From Psammoneis japonica (Eukaryota), in contig QPGO01000025.1 in the NCBI GenBank assembly GCA_008632985.1, positions 558,001 to 622,000 of the forward strand: a stretch of DNA of 64,000 nucleotides, written 5' to 3'. Within the stretch, counting starts at the first letter, position 1. Every line of letters starts with the position of its first letter. The notes beneath the pieces are model-generated. The model searched no databases and was not told the origin of the DNA. It was given only the letters and a program-made list of their open reading frames with translations. Below are positions 22,501-34,108 of this stretch, piece by piece. Both the position numbers and the translations under genes were made by a program.

Positions 22501-24949
22501 CAGGCAGCATGCATCACCTTTCCACCCATGTGATCTCCCATCTGCTCCTCTCGGCCCCCTGGTGTGTGCAGAGACACCTTCCCAGCCCCCATCTGCAAAG
22601 TCGTGCCCTGCATGCTGTGCTGTGCAACCCTTCTGCTCCTCCATTCTGACTGCCCTTTTGAAGCCTCCATCTTCTATCATTCACACCTCTGCTTGGGCTC
22701 TTTGGCCCCTTGCTTGAATTGTGCAAAGACAGAGGAAGCTTGGGCTCAGTGGATTTGCTGTGTGTGCAAAAAGATTGACTTTGGAATCTGCACTCCACAA
22801 CCAAATGTTGTGCTCTGAATGATGCCAACCCAGCACCTTGGCAGCCTGTGAGCAGCTGGTGTTCTTCAACTCCACATTCCATGATGTCAAAGCAACAAAC
22901 ACAAAAATCTTTCAACAAGGCGTGTCCCAGGTGGAATGACATGATGAACATGTGTTTTTTTTTGCAAGTCACCATGGTGGTGTGTGGTTGTTTTTGACAA
23001 CTTCTTTCAATCTTGCAATTGCAGAAGTGATGCCAATTGACAACATGGACATGACATGAGTTGCAAAGAGAAAATGGTGAATGCTGACAGTGTTTTCTTT
23101 CCAAAATGGACCTCTTTGCATTCATGGGATTTTTGCAGGTCTTTCATGCATCACAGAAAGTCAATGCACAAAGCAACTAAAACAGATCTTTGTGGCACAG
23201 AAATGACATTGTGGACCAATTTGGATGCAGCATGGATTCGATGGCAACATCTTCATGTTGAATGATTGTAGAGCAGGTGGTCAAAGTGGTGCAAGAAGAG
23301 GGAGCAGAAACTTTTCAATTGAAAGCTCTGAAGCCTCCACATGTTTGCAGCTGTTGCTGCAGACCAATGAAAACATTCCAGTTTTGATGGTTTCATTTTT
23401 GTTGCCACAAGGCAGAAATTTGATGCCAATTTGGGTGGTCATTGTCACTGTGTGTTGGTGTTTGTTCTTTGCATTTTTTGTTTTGGCTGATGAAATCTCA
23501 TGGAGCACTTGACCTTGAGCTGGTGACCTCCTTCTTGGTGTGGCAGCAAAAATTCCAAAGTGTTTTGGTCACAGATTTCCCATTTTTTCAGGAATCCTTC
23601 AGGCAAAAAAAGATCCTTCAGGCCCACTTTTTCCCAAAAACAAAGTTTGCACCCACATCACTGAGTGGAGCAGGAAAAATGGCCAACCATGACCAACAAG
23701 CATGAGACCACAAATTGGCTGCTTGGGAGCAAATAAAGGAGATGTGGTGGCTGCTGATGGAGAGACAGCACACTGAAAAGTGGAGCTTCCAAGTCATTTG
23801 TGGAAGGAAGGGCAGTTTCTGCACACAAGAATGAACCAAAGAGCAATGCTGGGCAGCAGCTGCAAGATTTTTGCAGAAGCTGTTGGTTCATTTGCATGGG
23901 AGCCACGGCTGCACAATTGTCTCATTGGGTGACTGCCAAGAAAACAGCAGTGGGTGGGTGGGTCCAGTTTTGAGCTGTGCCATGTTTTTTGTCCTGTCTG
24001 GTGCCAATGGCCTGTGCTGGCATCTTCCATCCTCAGCTGTCTGTCTGTCCTCCACTCATCTGCTCCATGTGACAACCAGCTGTGACTTGCTTGGTCCATG
24101 ACATCTTCCCATTTCTTGGCTCAGAGTCTTGACTGTGATGTGCATCTTTTTTCAGAGCTCACAGATCATCTGTGACCCATGGTGCAGTCTCAACACTTGA
24201 GTCATTGAGATTGCAGGGCCGCTGTTGGTGCCACAAAAGAAGTGTTGAAGCATGGCTGAAGTGTTGGATCATGTCTGAGGAAAATTGAGTGGGGAAGCAA
24301 CATCTTGAGATGGGAGCAGTGTTGGGAAACAGGCAAACAAAACATTCCCACACCCCACATGTGCACTTTGAAGGCTTTGACACCATCTTCAAGGCCCTCT
24401 TCCTGATGCTGGGTTGTGGCTCTCACCCACTCTTGGACACAGGCAGGCATTTCAAAATGCAACAAAATGCTTTGCCCCACTGTGGTGCTGGGGCTAGCAG
24501 TGGTGCATCATCAAGCCCTTGTTGAGTTAGAGGGACTCGTCATTTTCTCAAACATTTTGAGGGCAGTTGGCAACAGCATGCTTTGACAAACATTTGGCTT
24601 TCTTTCTGTTTAAACTGCAGAAAAGAAGTTGAAGAGCTTGGGTGGTGGCAGGCATTGCAGGGCACTTGTGCCTTTTGTCAGCTCTTGGACAGGCTTCTCA
24701 TCTTCATTTGCCACATCCTCACATTTGTTTCAATCTGCTCCAAGCTTTGTCTCTGTGTTCTGGCAGAGACATTTTTTCTTCATGCTCACAGAGCCACAAC
24801 CAACAAACAACTCATTGACCAATGCATGGAAATTGAACAGCAGCAACAGTGCCACACCCAAGAGCAAAATGAAAACATTGTCAATGACAGTTGTCTGTGA
24901 ATTGCAGTCATTGTTGAGATTGCAGCTGCAATTTGACAAAAAATGAGCT

Positions 24950-26350
24950 CAAGAAATCAAGGTTTTGTCATGATGCAATGTGACTCTTGTGACGGCAACA
25001 CAAAACAACAAGATGACACACTCAGCCTCAATCTCCATGGTTGAAGGTGAGTCATGACTCTCCCTCTCAACCAAGAAAGAGGTTGAGCTGCCAGCCCATT
25101 GTGAGAGCCTTTCACCCATCCAGAGCATTTCCACAGAGACACCCTTTCATGCACTGGTCAGCAATGGCTCAGCAGCACTGACAGGTTGAGTGGCAATCTT
25201 CAAATTCTCCACTTCAGTGCAAAACCAGTGATGTGGAATGCCCATGTGTTTGGTTGGTGGAGTGAGTTTTGGCACGTGGGCAAATGTGAGAGACAGGCAG
25301 CAACATTGTCTCACACACAAAAGATGCTGGCAGCAGGGTTGTGGGGTCAATGGGAGATTCATTGGCACCATCATCTTTGCAGCATGAGATGCTTGAAGCA
25401 GAGTGCAGGAAAACTGAGCTGCTTGGTGGGTGGCATGCATGATGTCTCCTGACCTGTGGCTGTGGCTGCGTGATGCATTGGCACCCTTGCAACAGCACAA
25501 CAGATCAGTGGCTCATTGAAAGGCAAGCTGTCCTTGTCCACACCACTGCTCTTGGGCAAGCAGGGAGCAGGTGTTCCCATGCAATCTTCCATCTTGGTGG
25601 CTGGCATGGCCCAGGAAGGCCTTCTTGACAAGTCCAGACAAGTTGGCAAAAACAGCGCTTCTTCATCTTGATTCTGAGGAAGTTTCTGACCTCTCCTTTT
25701 CATTGCAGCACTCAAATTCATGGTGCTTTTTGTGTTCAGCAGAGGGGCTCTCCTCCAGCCTTGTGGAATTGGCCTCAAGTTTGTTGGAGCATTGTCAGCA
25801 GAAACAGCATCATCAACATGAGTGGCACGCAGTGCATCCTTCTTGAAACATGCAGACAGATGAGGTTGACAGCAGATCATGGGATTCATCTGGCTGTGCT
25901 CCAGCACCAGCAACAGACCAGCTCTCAGTTTCTCACAAAAGCATCACAGAGATTGCTTCAGGCCATGTGAGCCTTTCAAAAGTCATGTGGCACCATTGTC
26001 AGTCCAGACAATGCTGGCACAAATCCCTCAGGAGAGGCTGTGCACACACACTCTGGCTGAGTTGACCTGAGCTTGTTGTGAAAATGCAGCAGTGCAGTTG
26101 ACGACTTGATGTGTGGCCCACGCTTCCTTGAGAGAACAGCAGCAAGCAAGAGGCAGATGCCAACCCACCACTCCACATTTCTGCTGAAGGTTGCCACAAA
26201 CACAATGTTGTGCCTTCCACTTTTCATGGAGCACCACAATCCCATGAGGGTCTCTTGAGTCTCAAAGCTTGCATGCTGGATTGTGGCACAGTCACTCACA
26301 TCTTGAGTGCACTGCTCAACAATTGCCCACGCACAACTCAAAGCCAGCAC
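24950..26350 (-). mobile_element. Ty1/copia LTR retrotransposon relic (reverse transcriptase to RNase H start)
   Basis: HVDD (YVDD), TPA...GVDKD..PFNE, RSGDIMHATHQAAQF (RPDIAFAVHQCARF) and STMEIEAEC (STMEAEY), in the expected order on the minus strand. Confidence 0.75.
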
Positions 26351-27039
26351 AGCTGCTTCAAGTTTTCACAACCTCAGCCCAGTTGCCACAGTCTGGTTTG
26401 TTCTGAGCTTGATGCAAAGATGGCACATCAGACTCTGGTCTTCTTGGTGGCAGCACAGGCTTGCTCGTCCTTGTCTTGGACAGAATTCATTTTGTGCTTC
26501 CATGTTGAGATGCAAGTTTCCACCAATGCAAGCTGTGCAAGTTGCAATTTCTTGTGTCCAACCAGCACATTTTTGGACTCAACAACTGGACCAAGATGTG
26601 ATTCATCAAAAAAGGGCTTGGGGCAGACAAAACTGACCTTTGCTGGACTCAGCAGACCACTCAAACTTGGCTGGGCTTCAACTTGAGTGGAGATGCTTGA
26701 GATGCTGCAGGTGGTTGCAATGTTTTGGGTGGTGGAAGCTCATTCTGTCCAGCTGTTTCTGATGATGGTTTGGCAATGGAAGGCAGCAGGAGCCTCAGGC
26801 TTCTGAGTTTTGGGTGACAAAACTTGAGAGAAGTCCTCATCCATGGTCACAGGAATGATGTGCCAAAGATGGTCATCTGAGCTGGAGTTGGTGTGATGGG
26901 CAGTCAGATGCTGGACACAAGCCCAGGATTGGGTTGAAAAGTTTGACAGATGTGAGATTCATGTGCCAGCGGGCTCTGTTGCAGACAATCTTCTGGAAAT
27001 CTTGAGAAACCAGACAAAGTGCTCAAGAGGCTTCATGCT

Positions 27040-28450
27040 AGATTTTGAGTGCACCACAAAGTTGATCTTTGCCAAACTCACCCTGAAGGCACTCAACCCT
27101 CAATGAAACAGGTGTCAAGGCAATTGAGCATGCAGCTGAGCCACAGAAAAAAAGTGCTGCACTTATTTTCTGCAGGAATGATTGAATGCCACCAAGATGC
27201 ATGGTTGCACTGTTCAGACATTTTGGTGCCCCTTGGAAGACTTGCAGACAGGGCTTGCAAATGGCACTCATCAATGACAAAGCACTCAATGACGTCAAGC
27301 GTGCAACATCTGAAGAGACATTGTTTGTGCACCCAGATTGCAATGAGCCATTTGAAGTGCACGACAATGCCTTTGGTGATCATCAGGAGCATGGAGCAGT
27401 GATGTTGCAGGCTGGCAGACAACTGGTGTGCACTCTGCACCAGAAAGCTTGACAGCACTCAGCTGAGCCATAAAGTGCAGGAGAGGAAATTGCTCACCAC
27501 TGTCAAGACTTTGACAGAACTCAGATCTGGTGCTCCACTTCTTGGCCATTGTGTTGGTTGTGCACACTGGTCATAAAATTTTCACTTGCAAGGCATTCAG
27601 TGCTGAGCATGCAGTGCATTGTTGGCACTTGACACATGAAGAATGTGGTGTGAATCATGACACAGCATCAAAGGTCACCACAGTTTGGTTGCACCAGAGC
27701 GCCGAGTGCCATCCCAACCTCACTCCATCCTTGGACTCCATGGCAGCAGATGTAATGCTGGAAGTGGTGCATTCTCTTTTAGGAAGCCTTCATGGTGGAA
27801 AACCAGAGGACAGTTGGATGACTCCCATCAGCTTCAAGAAACTGTGAACAAAACAAAATGAGAGGACAAGAGCCCAGGCAGAAAGAAGCTTGAGTGTCAG
27901 ATGAGTGCTCTCCACACACTCTTCTTTGTGGGGAAGGGCAAGCTTCCACAAGACAGTTGATTTGCCACAAGGACAAAATCATCATCCCAGTGTCACCTTG
28001 TTTGGTTCTGCCATGGGTCCCCAAATTTCACCAGGATCACCACCCTTTTGTTTGCAGTGTTCTTCTGCAGGGAGTGTGGGTTTCTTTGGAATCACCATGA
28101 GCACCCCTTTGTCACACACTGATGTGTGACACAGACAGACATGCATCAAAACTGGCACATTGGGAATTCTGGCCCACGCTTCCCCTGTCCCCTGCACTCT
28201 CACTCTGTCATGAGCCATGAGCTGTGAGCCTGGGACATGGAAGAAAATGTGCCAGTCAAATGATGATTGATTGCATTGTCCCATCAACACCACAGCCCTG
28301 CACCATGAGCTTGTCACAGAAGCATGCCACAGCATTGGGGCAGAAACAACTTGTGGTTGTTTCATTCATTTTCATTCAAGACTGGATGAGTGCAAAATCT
28401 TCACTTTTTTGGCTTGGCACTGACTTGTGTCATTGCTTGTCAAAGTCAAA
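27040..28450 (+). mobile_element. Ty3/gypsy LTR retrotransposon relic (RT end, RNase H, integrase start)
   Basis: ETLFVHPDCNEPFEVHDNA...GAVMLQAG (LxYPDFNxPFxIYTDAS..QLGAVIxQ), CWHLTHEECG (RWRLLLEEYG), LICHKDKIIIP. Confidence 0.7.
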
Positions 28451-31400
28451 TCCTCTCCATTTGCACCTTCTTGGCTGCAAGCAATGGCATGGAAACTTGT
28501 GCATGTTTTTGTTGTTTTCTCTCAGTGGCTTTGTTTTTGTTTAAGAAGAACCCTTGTTTTGGCATTCATTGCAAAATGATTTTCTTTTTTCAAGAAGCAA
28601 GCTCACCCATCATGGACTGCATTTTTTCTCAGTGCAGTGCAGGTTGTCAGCCCATGTGATGCCTTGGCATTGTTTGTTTGTTTGTTTGTTTCTGTGTCAG
28701 CTGTCAGCCATGGCAGGACCACAGTTCTGAGATGATTTGAGGTGAACGCAGTCTGGGGCCTCATTTTTGGTTGGCACGTCAGGGCCCTGAGATTTTCATT
28801 GATGTTTTTGCATGGCTGCAGCACTGGTTTCTTGCTGCTTGAGAAGATTTGAGTGCACAGAGCCACTCGAGACACTCCAGCAGTGACACCAAGTCAAAAG
28901 GTGAGCTCAGGTGACAAAATTGCCAAAGGTCAGTTTGCAAACCCGCTCAATGGGGCTTGCACTTTTTGCAGGTTGCCATGAAATGCACCTCCTGAAGATG
29001 AGACACAGCACAGCTCCCCTGGACCAAGTTGCCCAATTGGACCACACCAATCCAAATAGAGTTCTTGTTGCATTGTTCATCAACAAAAGCCAGTCATCAT
29101 TTACAGAGTGATTTCCAGTGCTTGGATTGCTGAGAGAAAACTCTGCACCACATTTGCAAAGTTTGGCACCCACTCCACTTTTTTGGCTCTTGTGCAGAGA
29201 GTTGTTCTTGTTGACCTGCGCTGTTCTTGTTCACGGTGAACACCACCACCCTGATGTGCATGACATGCTTCTCCCAGTCTCTGTTGCACAGCACCCAATC
29301 CACATCATTGAGAGAGACTGCACATTGTTTTGGTGCAGGCTGGATGGCTGAACACATGCATGGATGGATGACTGTGGCTGAATCCACAAAGCACTGCTCG
29401 CGATGCTGAAAACACACCTGCCCAAAAACAGTCATTGATTTTTTGCTGTGGTCCACTTGTTTTTTCTTCCTCTCCCCTGAGCCCTTTCAGGCATTCTTCC
29501 TTCACACAAAATTGCTCTCATTTCCTGGGTGTTCCCCCCAAAAGGGCAAGGTGACTCCCCCCTGCACCCTGGTCATTTTGGGGATCCCCCAAATGGGAAA
29601 AAACCAAACTGCCAGATGAGCATTGTTGCTGCGCAGCAGAAGCAGATGAGACTGGGTGGTGTCATCTCCAGTTCTTGTGCCATCCTGGAGAGAGGCACAA
29701 GCTGAAATGTCCATTGCTCAACACACCTCTGCTGGTGTGGTGTGTGAGCTGTGGTGCACTCCAGCACATGCTCGAAGTGCAAAGCATGTCAGCAGAGAAA
29801 ACAAAAAAATGAAATCAAAAACATGAGAAAAAGTTGCCAGAATGGGTGCAGCTGAAATCTGATGTTGCCCCACTGGATGAATCCCCATGCACAGTGGATG
29901 TGACAGGGGCACACACTGACTGTTCAGCATTGAGGGGAACTCTTCCACTTCTTGTGGGGCAGATGTGACAGTTGACCCTGCAACAGGGAAGCTCAAGATT
30001 GCTGAAGCACTTGCTGAGTTTGCTGACATTGTGTCTGTGGCACCATTGAGCAAGCACAGCTCTGCAGATGTCCATGACCAAGAAAGACAATCTTTGACAC
30101 CAGAGAAGCCAAATTCATGGCTGAATTTAACCAATGATGCAGGACAACTGTAGCCTTCTAAAGAAACCTGGAGTGCACATGCCAGACAGCCAGAAACATG
30201 TTTCACTCATTTTCAGTGCAGGGTGTGGTGCCAAGCAAAGATGACCCATCTTGGAGTGGCCTGCCACCTCGCACTCATTCACCACACACACAAGCTGTGC
30301 ACACAACACCACATGAGCAAGCCCAACACAACTGGTGTTCAGCAGAGATGCTCGCACATTGAGCCAAGCAGAAATGTGCCAGGACAGAAGGCAGAGAGGA
30401 TGAGCTGCCCAGACAAACAACAAGCAAGAAAACACTGAGTGCAAGGAGTGCCAACATGCTGTCAGATGTCAGACAACTGGCACTTGTCAAACAGGAAGAA
30501 CAAAGGTCCAAATGAGGAGCTGACAGTTGTGCAGCAGGCCCTGGCAGAGTTGTCCATGCAAATGACAACAGCACATTGTGGCACGTGCAAGATGGCATGC
30601 TGACAGACACAGCACACCACAAATCCATGGAAGATTGTGCCCTGCCCTGTTGTCAGCAAGCAAGAAGGCATCTGCTGGCACTCTGAGGCCCTTGTTGTTG
30701 TGGAGAGCATGCAGTGCATGCACTGTGCTGACAGCTGGCAGATGTGCCAGCAATGTCTTGCATCATGAGACTCTCAAAGCAGGGGGTGCACAGCTCAAAA
30801 GTGCTTTTGTGCAAAAGTCAGCATGAGACTCATGCTTGTTCCACTGAGTGGGTGTGTTTCAACAAGGCTGAGTGTCAAAGACCCACATCATGAGGATTGC
30901 ACATTCAACTGGTGGTCTTCCAAAATCATGCCTGGTGAATGAAAGCTCTGTGCACAAGGTTTTGCCTGCTGTGCAGTGTTCACTGAAAACCAAAATGATG
31001 TTGGAGCGAAGCTTTTTGTTTGCAAGCTGTGGCAGTTGCAGCACACATGTGTGGTGTGAAGAGAGTGCAAAGCTCACATGGCCAAATGTTTTGCTGCAAC
31101 ATGTGCGCCAACTCAGAAACAGCTCTCTTGGCTCTCACAATTGCCAGCCACAGCAATCTTTGCAGCTGCTTGGACACCCATCTCCCAATTTGGTGCACGA
31201 GGCACAAAAAACAAGTGTGCAATGCTTCCCACGTGGATCTGTTGGACATGGGTTGGTGCAGAGCTGACACAATGTGTGGTCAATGGCCACAGTCCTTTGC
31301 ACGCCAAGTCACCACTCTGTGTCCTCAGACCAAAGCAAGAAAAAGCACATTCTCACACTGGCTGGTGACACCTGCACTCCTGGAAATGGACCAGCACAAC

Positions 31401-31994
31401 AGCCGCTCAAAGTGGACAACGTCGACATGTGCAAGCAATGCAAGCGGTTTAGGGCCTATAACGTTATACAATTGTTGCTCGACACATGCAAAGTATAAGC
31501 AACTCGAAACTTTCGCTGGCATTACACAGATGTTAAATCGAAATTTTTGGACAGTCCTTGTTTCACAACGGTAAAGCTCGGTGAATCGTTCGCCGAATTG
31601 CCGCGCAAATCGCCAGCAAGACACTGCTTTATGAGGCTCTCTATGACTTAGAAAGTAGATTCTTTCGGTAGAAGATCGTTGCTTATTCGTCAAGTAAGGT
31701 TATGTCTATTCTATCAGCATGTAAAATCAAGAGATATCGCCGTTGTTTCCATGCTTTTTAACACGGTGAAGTACGTACGTAATTTTGTACCAAGCGCTAC
31801 TGCATGCTCAAATGCTGTGGTTTTGCTGACAAAGGTAAATATCCCGCGGATACATCGCACATCCAACATCGCATCGCCACAAAGATGGTGGCAAAGTAAC
31901 ACTCGTAGTCGTCGCAAAGACGCACCCGAGCAGTTCGGGAAGCTTTTGTATCAACCGGAGGAATAGCTCAAACTATAAAGTGTGTCTGGGAGAT

Positions 31995-33332
31995 ATGAAG
32001 AAACGAATGTTTCAGCAATTGGCGCGCCGTCGCAAGGAAGGAACGTTGCGCACCCTTCGTACGGTCGAAGAGTTGGAAGCATACGAGAAGCGTCCTAACG
32101 TTGACTTTTCCAGCAACGACTATCTTGGTCTGGCACATTCTGCTCATCAACGAGATAAAGTCAAGAATTTAAATACTGAGTGGGAACGAAAGAAAGCAAG
32201 TCATCATCTTCTTGGAGCAACTGGTTCTCGCTTGCTGTCGGGGGATTCCCTCGAGTGTCGTCGTCTGGAACAGTATTTGGCCAAGGTACACCACAGTGAG
32301 GGAGCTCTCATTTTCAACAGCGGTTATGATGCTAATTTGTCGATATTGTCTTCTGTACCAATGGAGGGTGACGTTGTAATCATGGACGAACTGGCACACA
32401 ATAGTCTTGTCATGGGCGTCAGAATGAGCAGACTGGATCCGTCCAATTCACTGCATCTGTTTCGTCATAACAATGTCGAAAGTTTGCGATCCGTGCTGAA
32501 ACAGTTCTCGTCGAGTCAACTACACCGGATCTTGGTCGTCGTAGAAAGCGTTTACAGCATGGATGGTGACGTATCACCGCTTGCCGACATTCTCGACTTG
32601 GCGCTTGAGTTTGGCGCAGAAGTAATGGTCGACGAAGCCCATGGTTTGGGTGTCTACGGACGCACCAATAAAACAGACATGACTCTCCCCGAACATCAGA
32701 AAGCTTCACTAGACAATCCGAGTACATCAATGGTTGGAGGGACTGGAGTTCTGGCTGCGCTTGGATTGGAGACACATCCGGCGCTCCTGTGCAGTGTGTT
32801 TACTTTTGGAAAAGCTGCTGGCTGCCATGGGGCGGTAGTTTGCGGCGCGCGGGTCCTATTGGACTATTTGATCAATTATGCTCGCCCGTTGATATATTCT
32901 ACTGCCTTACCTGTTCATTCTCTGTTGTGCATTCAGTGCGCATATGAAACAATGTTGGCAAACGGCGACCCCTTGAGAGCAAACGTGTTTGGTCTAGTTA
33001 AAACGTTTAGGAGGGAGATAATGAAGATATTGCAACGCACGGGACCCAGTGAAGGCTCTGGTCAGACGGTTTTGCTATGGCCAAGTCCTTCGCCTATTCA
33101 GGCATTGGTTGTTCGTGGTAATGACAATTGCATGGAGTTCTGCCGCAGGATACGAACTAGATCGGACATTATTCTGTACCCGATTCGGAGTCCGACGGTG
33201 CCAAAAGGAGAAGAACGCATTCGCATCGTTTTGCATGCACATAATACAGAAGAGGAAGTTCTTGAATTGGTGAAGTTGATTCATGAAACGCTGAGCGACA
33301 TGAATCTCATCAAACTAAATAGCCGTCTGTAG
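31995..33332 (+). CDS. bioF: 8-amino-7-oxononanoate synthase (biotin synthesis) with C-terminal PTS1 (-SRL)
   Basis: DFSSNDYLGL, GATGSRLLSG, FNSGYDAN, DELAHNS, ESVYSMDGD, VDEAHG, PLP-Lys TFGKA.G, IRSPTVPKG..RIRI. Confidence 0.95.
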   Translation: MKKRMFQQLARRRKEGTLRTLRTVEELEAYEKRPNVDFSSNDYLGLAHSAHQRDKVKNLNTEWERKKASHHLLGATGSRLLSGDSLECRRLEQYLAKVHHSEGALIFNSGYDANLSILSSVPMEGDVVIMDELAHNSLVMGVRMSRLDPSNSLHLFRHNNVESLRSVLKQFSSSQLHRILVVVESVYSMDGDVSPLADILDLALEFGAEVMVDEAHGLGVYGRTNKTDMTLPEHQKASLDNPSTSMVGGTGVLAALGLETHPALLCSVFTFGKAAGCHGAVVCGARVLLDYLINYARPLIYSTALPVHSLLCIQCAYETMLANGDPLRANVFGLVKTFRREIMKILQRTGPSEGSGQTVLLWPSPSPIQALVVRGNDNCMEFCRRIRTRSDIILYPIRSPTVPKGEERIRIVLHAHNTEEEVLELVKLIHETLSDMNLIKLNSRL

Positions 33333-33409
33333 GGATAATCAATCCCATCGGGAGAGGGCAGAGCATTCTCGATTGCGATCTGCGATACTGCTAATGTGCA
33401 ATGTTGCAG

Positions 33410-33486
33410 TCTAGCATTCATTTCTTTTGGAACTAGAGTAGGACTCTCTAGAGTAGGGTACTGTAGGGCTCTCTCTAGAGTAGAGA
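33410..33486. repeat. CTAG/CTCTAGAG-rich patch followed by an AT-rich tract (to ~33770)
   Basis: ACTAGAGTAGGACTCTCTAGAGTAGGGTACTGTAGGGCTCTCTCTAGAGTAGAG. Confidence 0.65.
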
Positions 33487-34108
33487 CGGACACAAAAGGT
33501 GGCAAAAATCTTGGTAAAAATAAAAAAATGACAATGGCATGAAAATGGCAAAAATCACACCTTTTCCTGCCAATTTTTCATTCAATCCCATATAAATATC
33601 CGTTACACCAATGATCGCCAAAAACTATTTATTCACTCTATGTACTCTAATAAAAGAAATAAAAATTTCATTGCAATGAGCATTCATTCTTTTACCTCTC
33701 ATAATAGAAATATAAGCCTAAAAGGCTGTACAACATCAATTCATTACTATCACTAATTTAGAGACACCCCATCATGTGTTTCGTTCTGTCCTTGGCCGAC
33801 TAAACTTTCTCCCTACGTAGGGATAGTACCAACTTCTACACGTTGGCGGGTCCTTCGAATTATTCACGTGGAGTTGTACGGCAACGTGCGTGCGAGCGAC
33901 CTCGCACAACATCGTTGCAAACAAAATCCACACAAAGAAGAATCGCACTCGATCGAAGCTGAAGCAACTCTGAACAATGTAAGACAATAATTGGCAACGC
34001 CGCACCCGACGCCTCGTGGCTGAATGTGATATGATGGTCCGCTAGCGTCTATATTAAAGCTTGTTTTGGGGATGCGCGGGTTGGCGACAATTCTGTTTGA
34101 GCATCGTT

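Larger units (their letters stand above)
17140..31445. other. TpA-depleted degenerate block 2 (relics of transposons and genes)
   Basis: TA is rare over 14 kb and CG is scarce away from the edges; no intact gene; normal composition returns abruptly near 31449 (TTTAGGGCCTATAACGTTATA). Confidence 0.9.

Noticed and set aside
17140..31445. Dozens of 60-200 aa ORFs rich in Cys/His/Gln (also in blocks 1 and 3)
   Set aside because: Loss of TA removes TAA and TAG stops and inflates ORF length in all frames; only fragments with recognisable motifs were kept.
31449..31454. Interstitial telomere (TTAGGG) at the block 2 edge
   Set aside because: A single hexamer is expected by chance.
14284..33332. Vitamin biosynthetic cluster (VTE4 + BioF)
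   Set aside because: Different pathways and compartments, 16 kb apart, with no other pathway genes.
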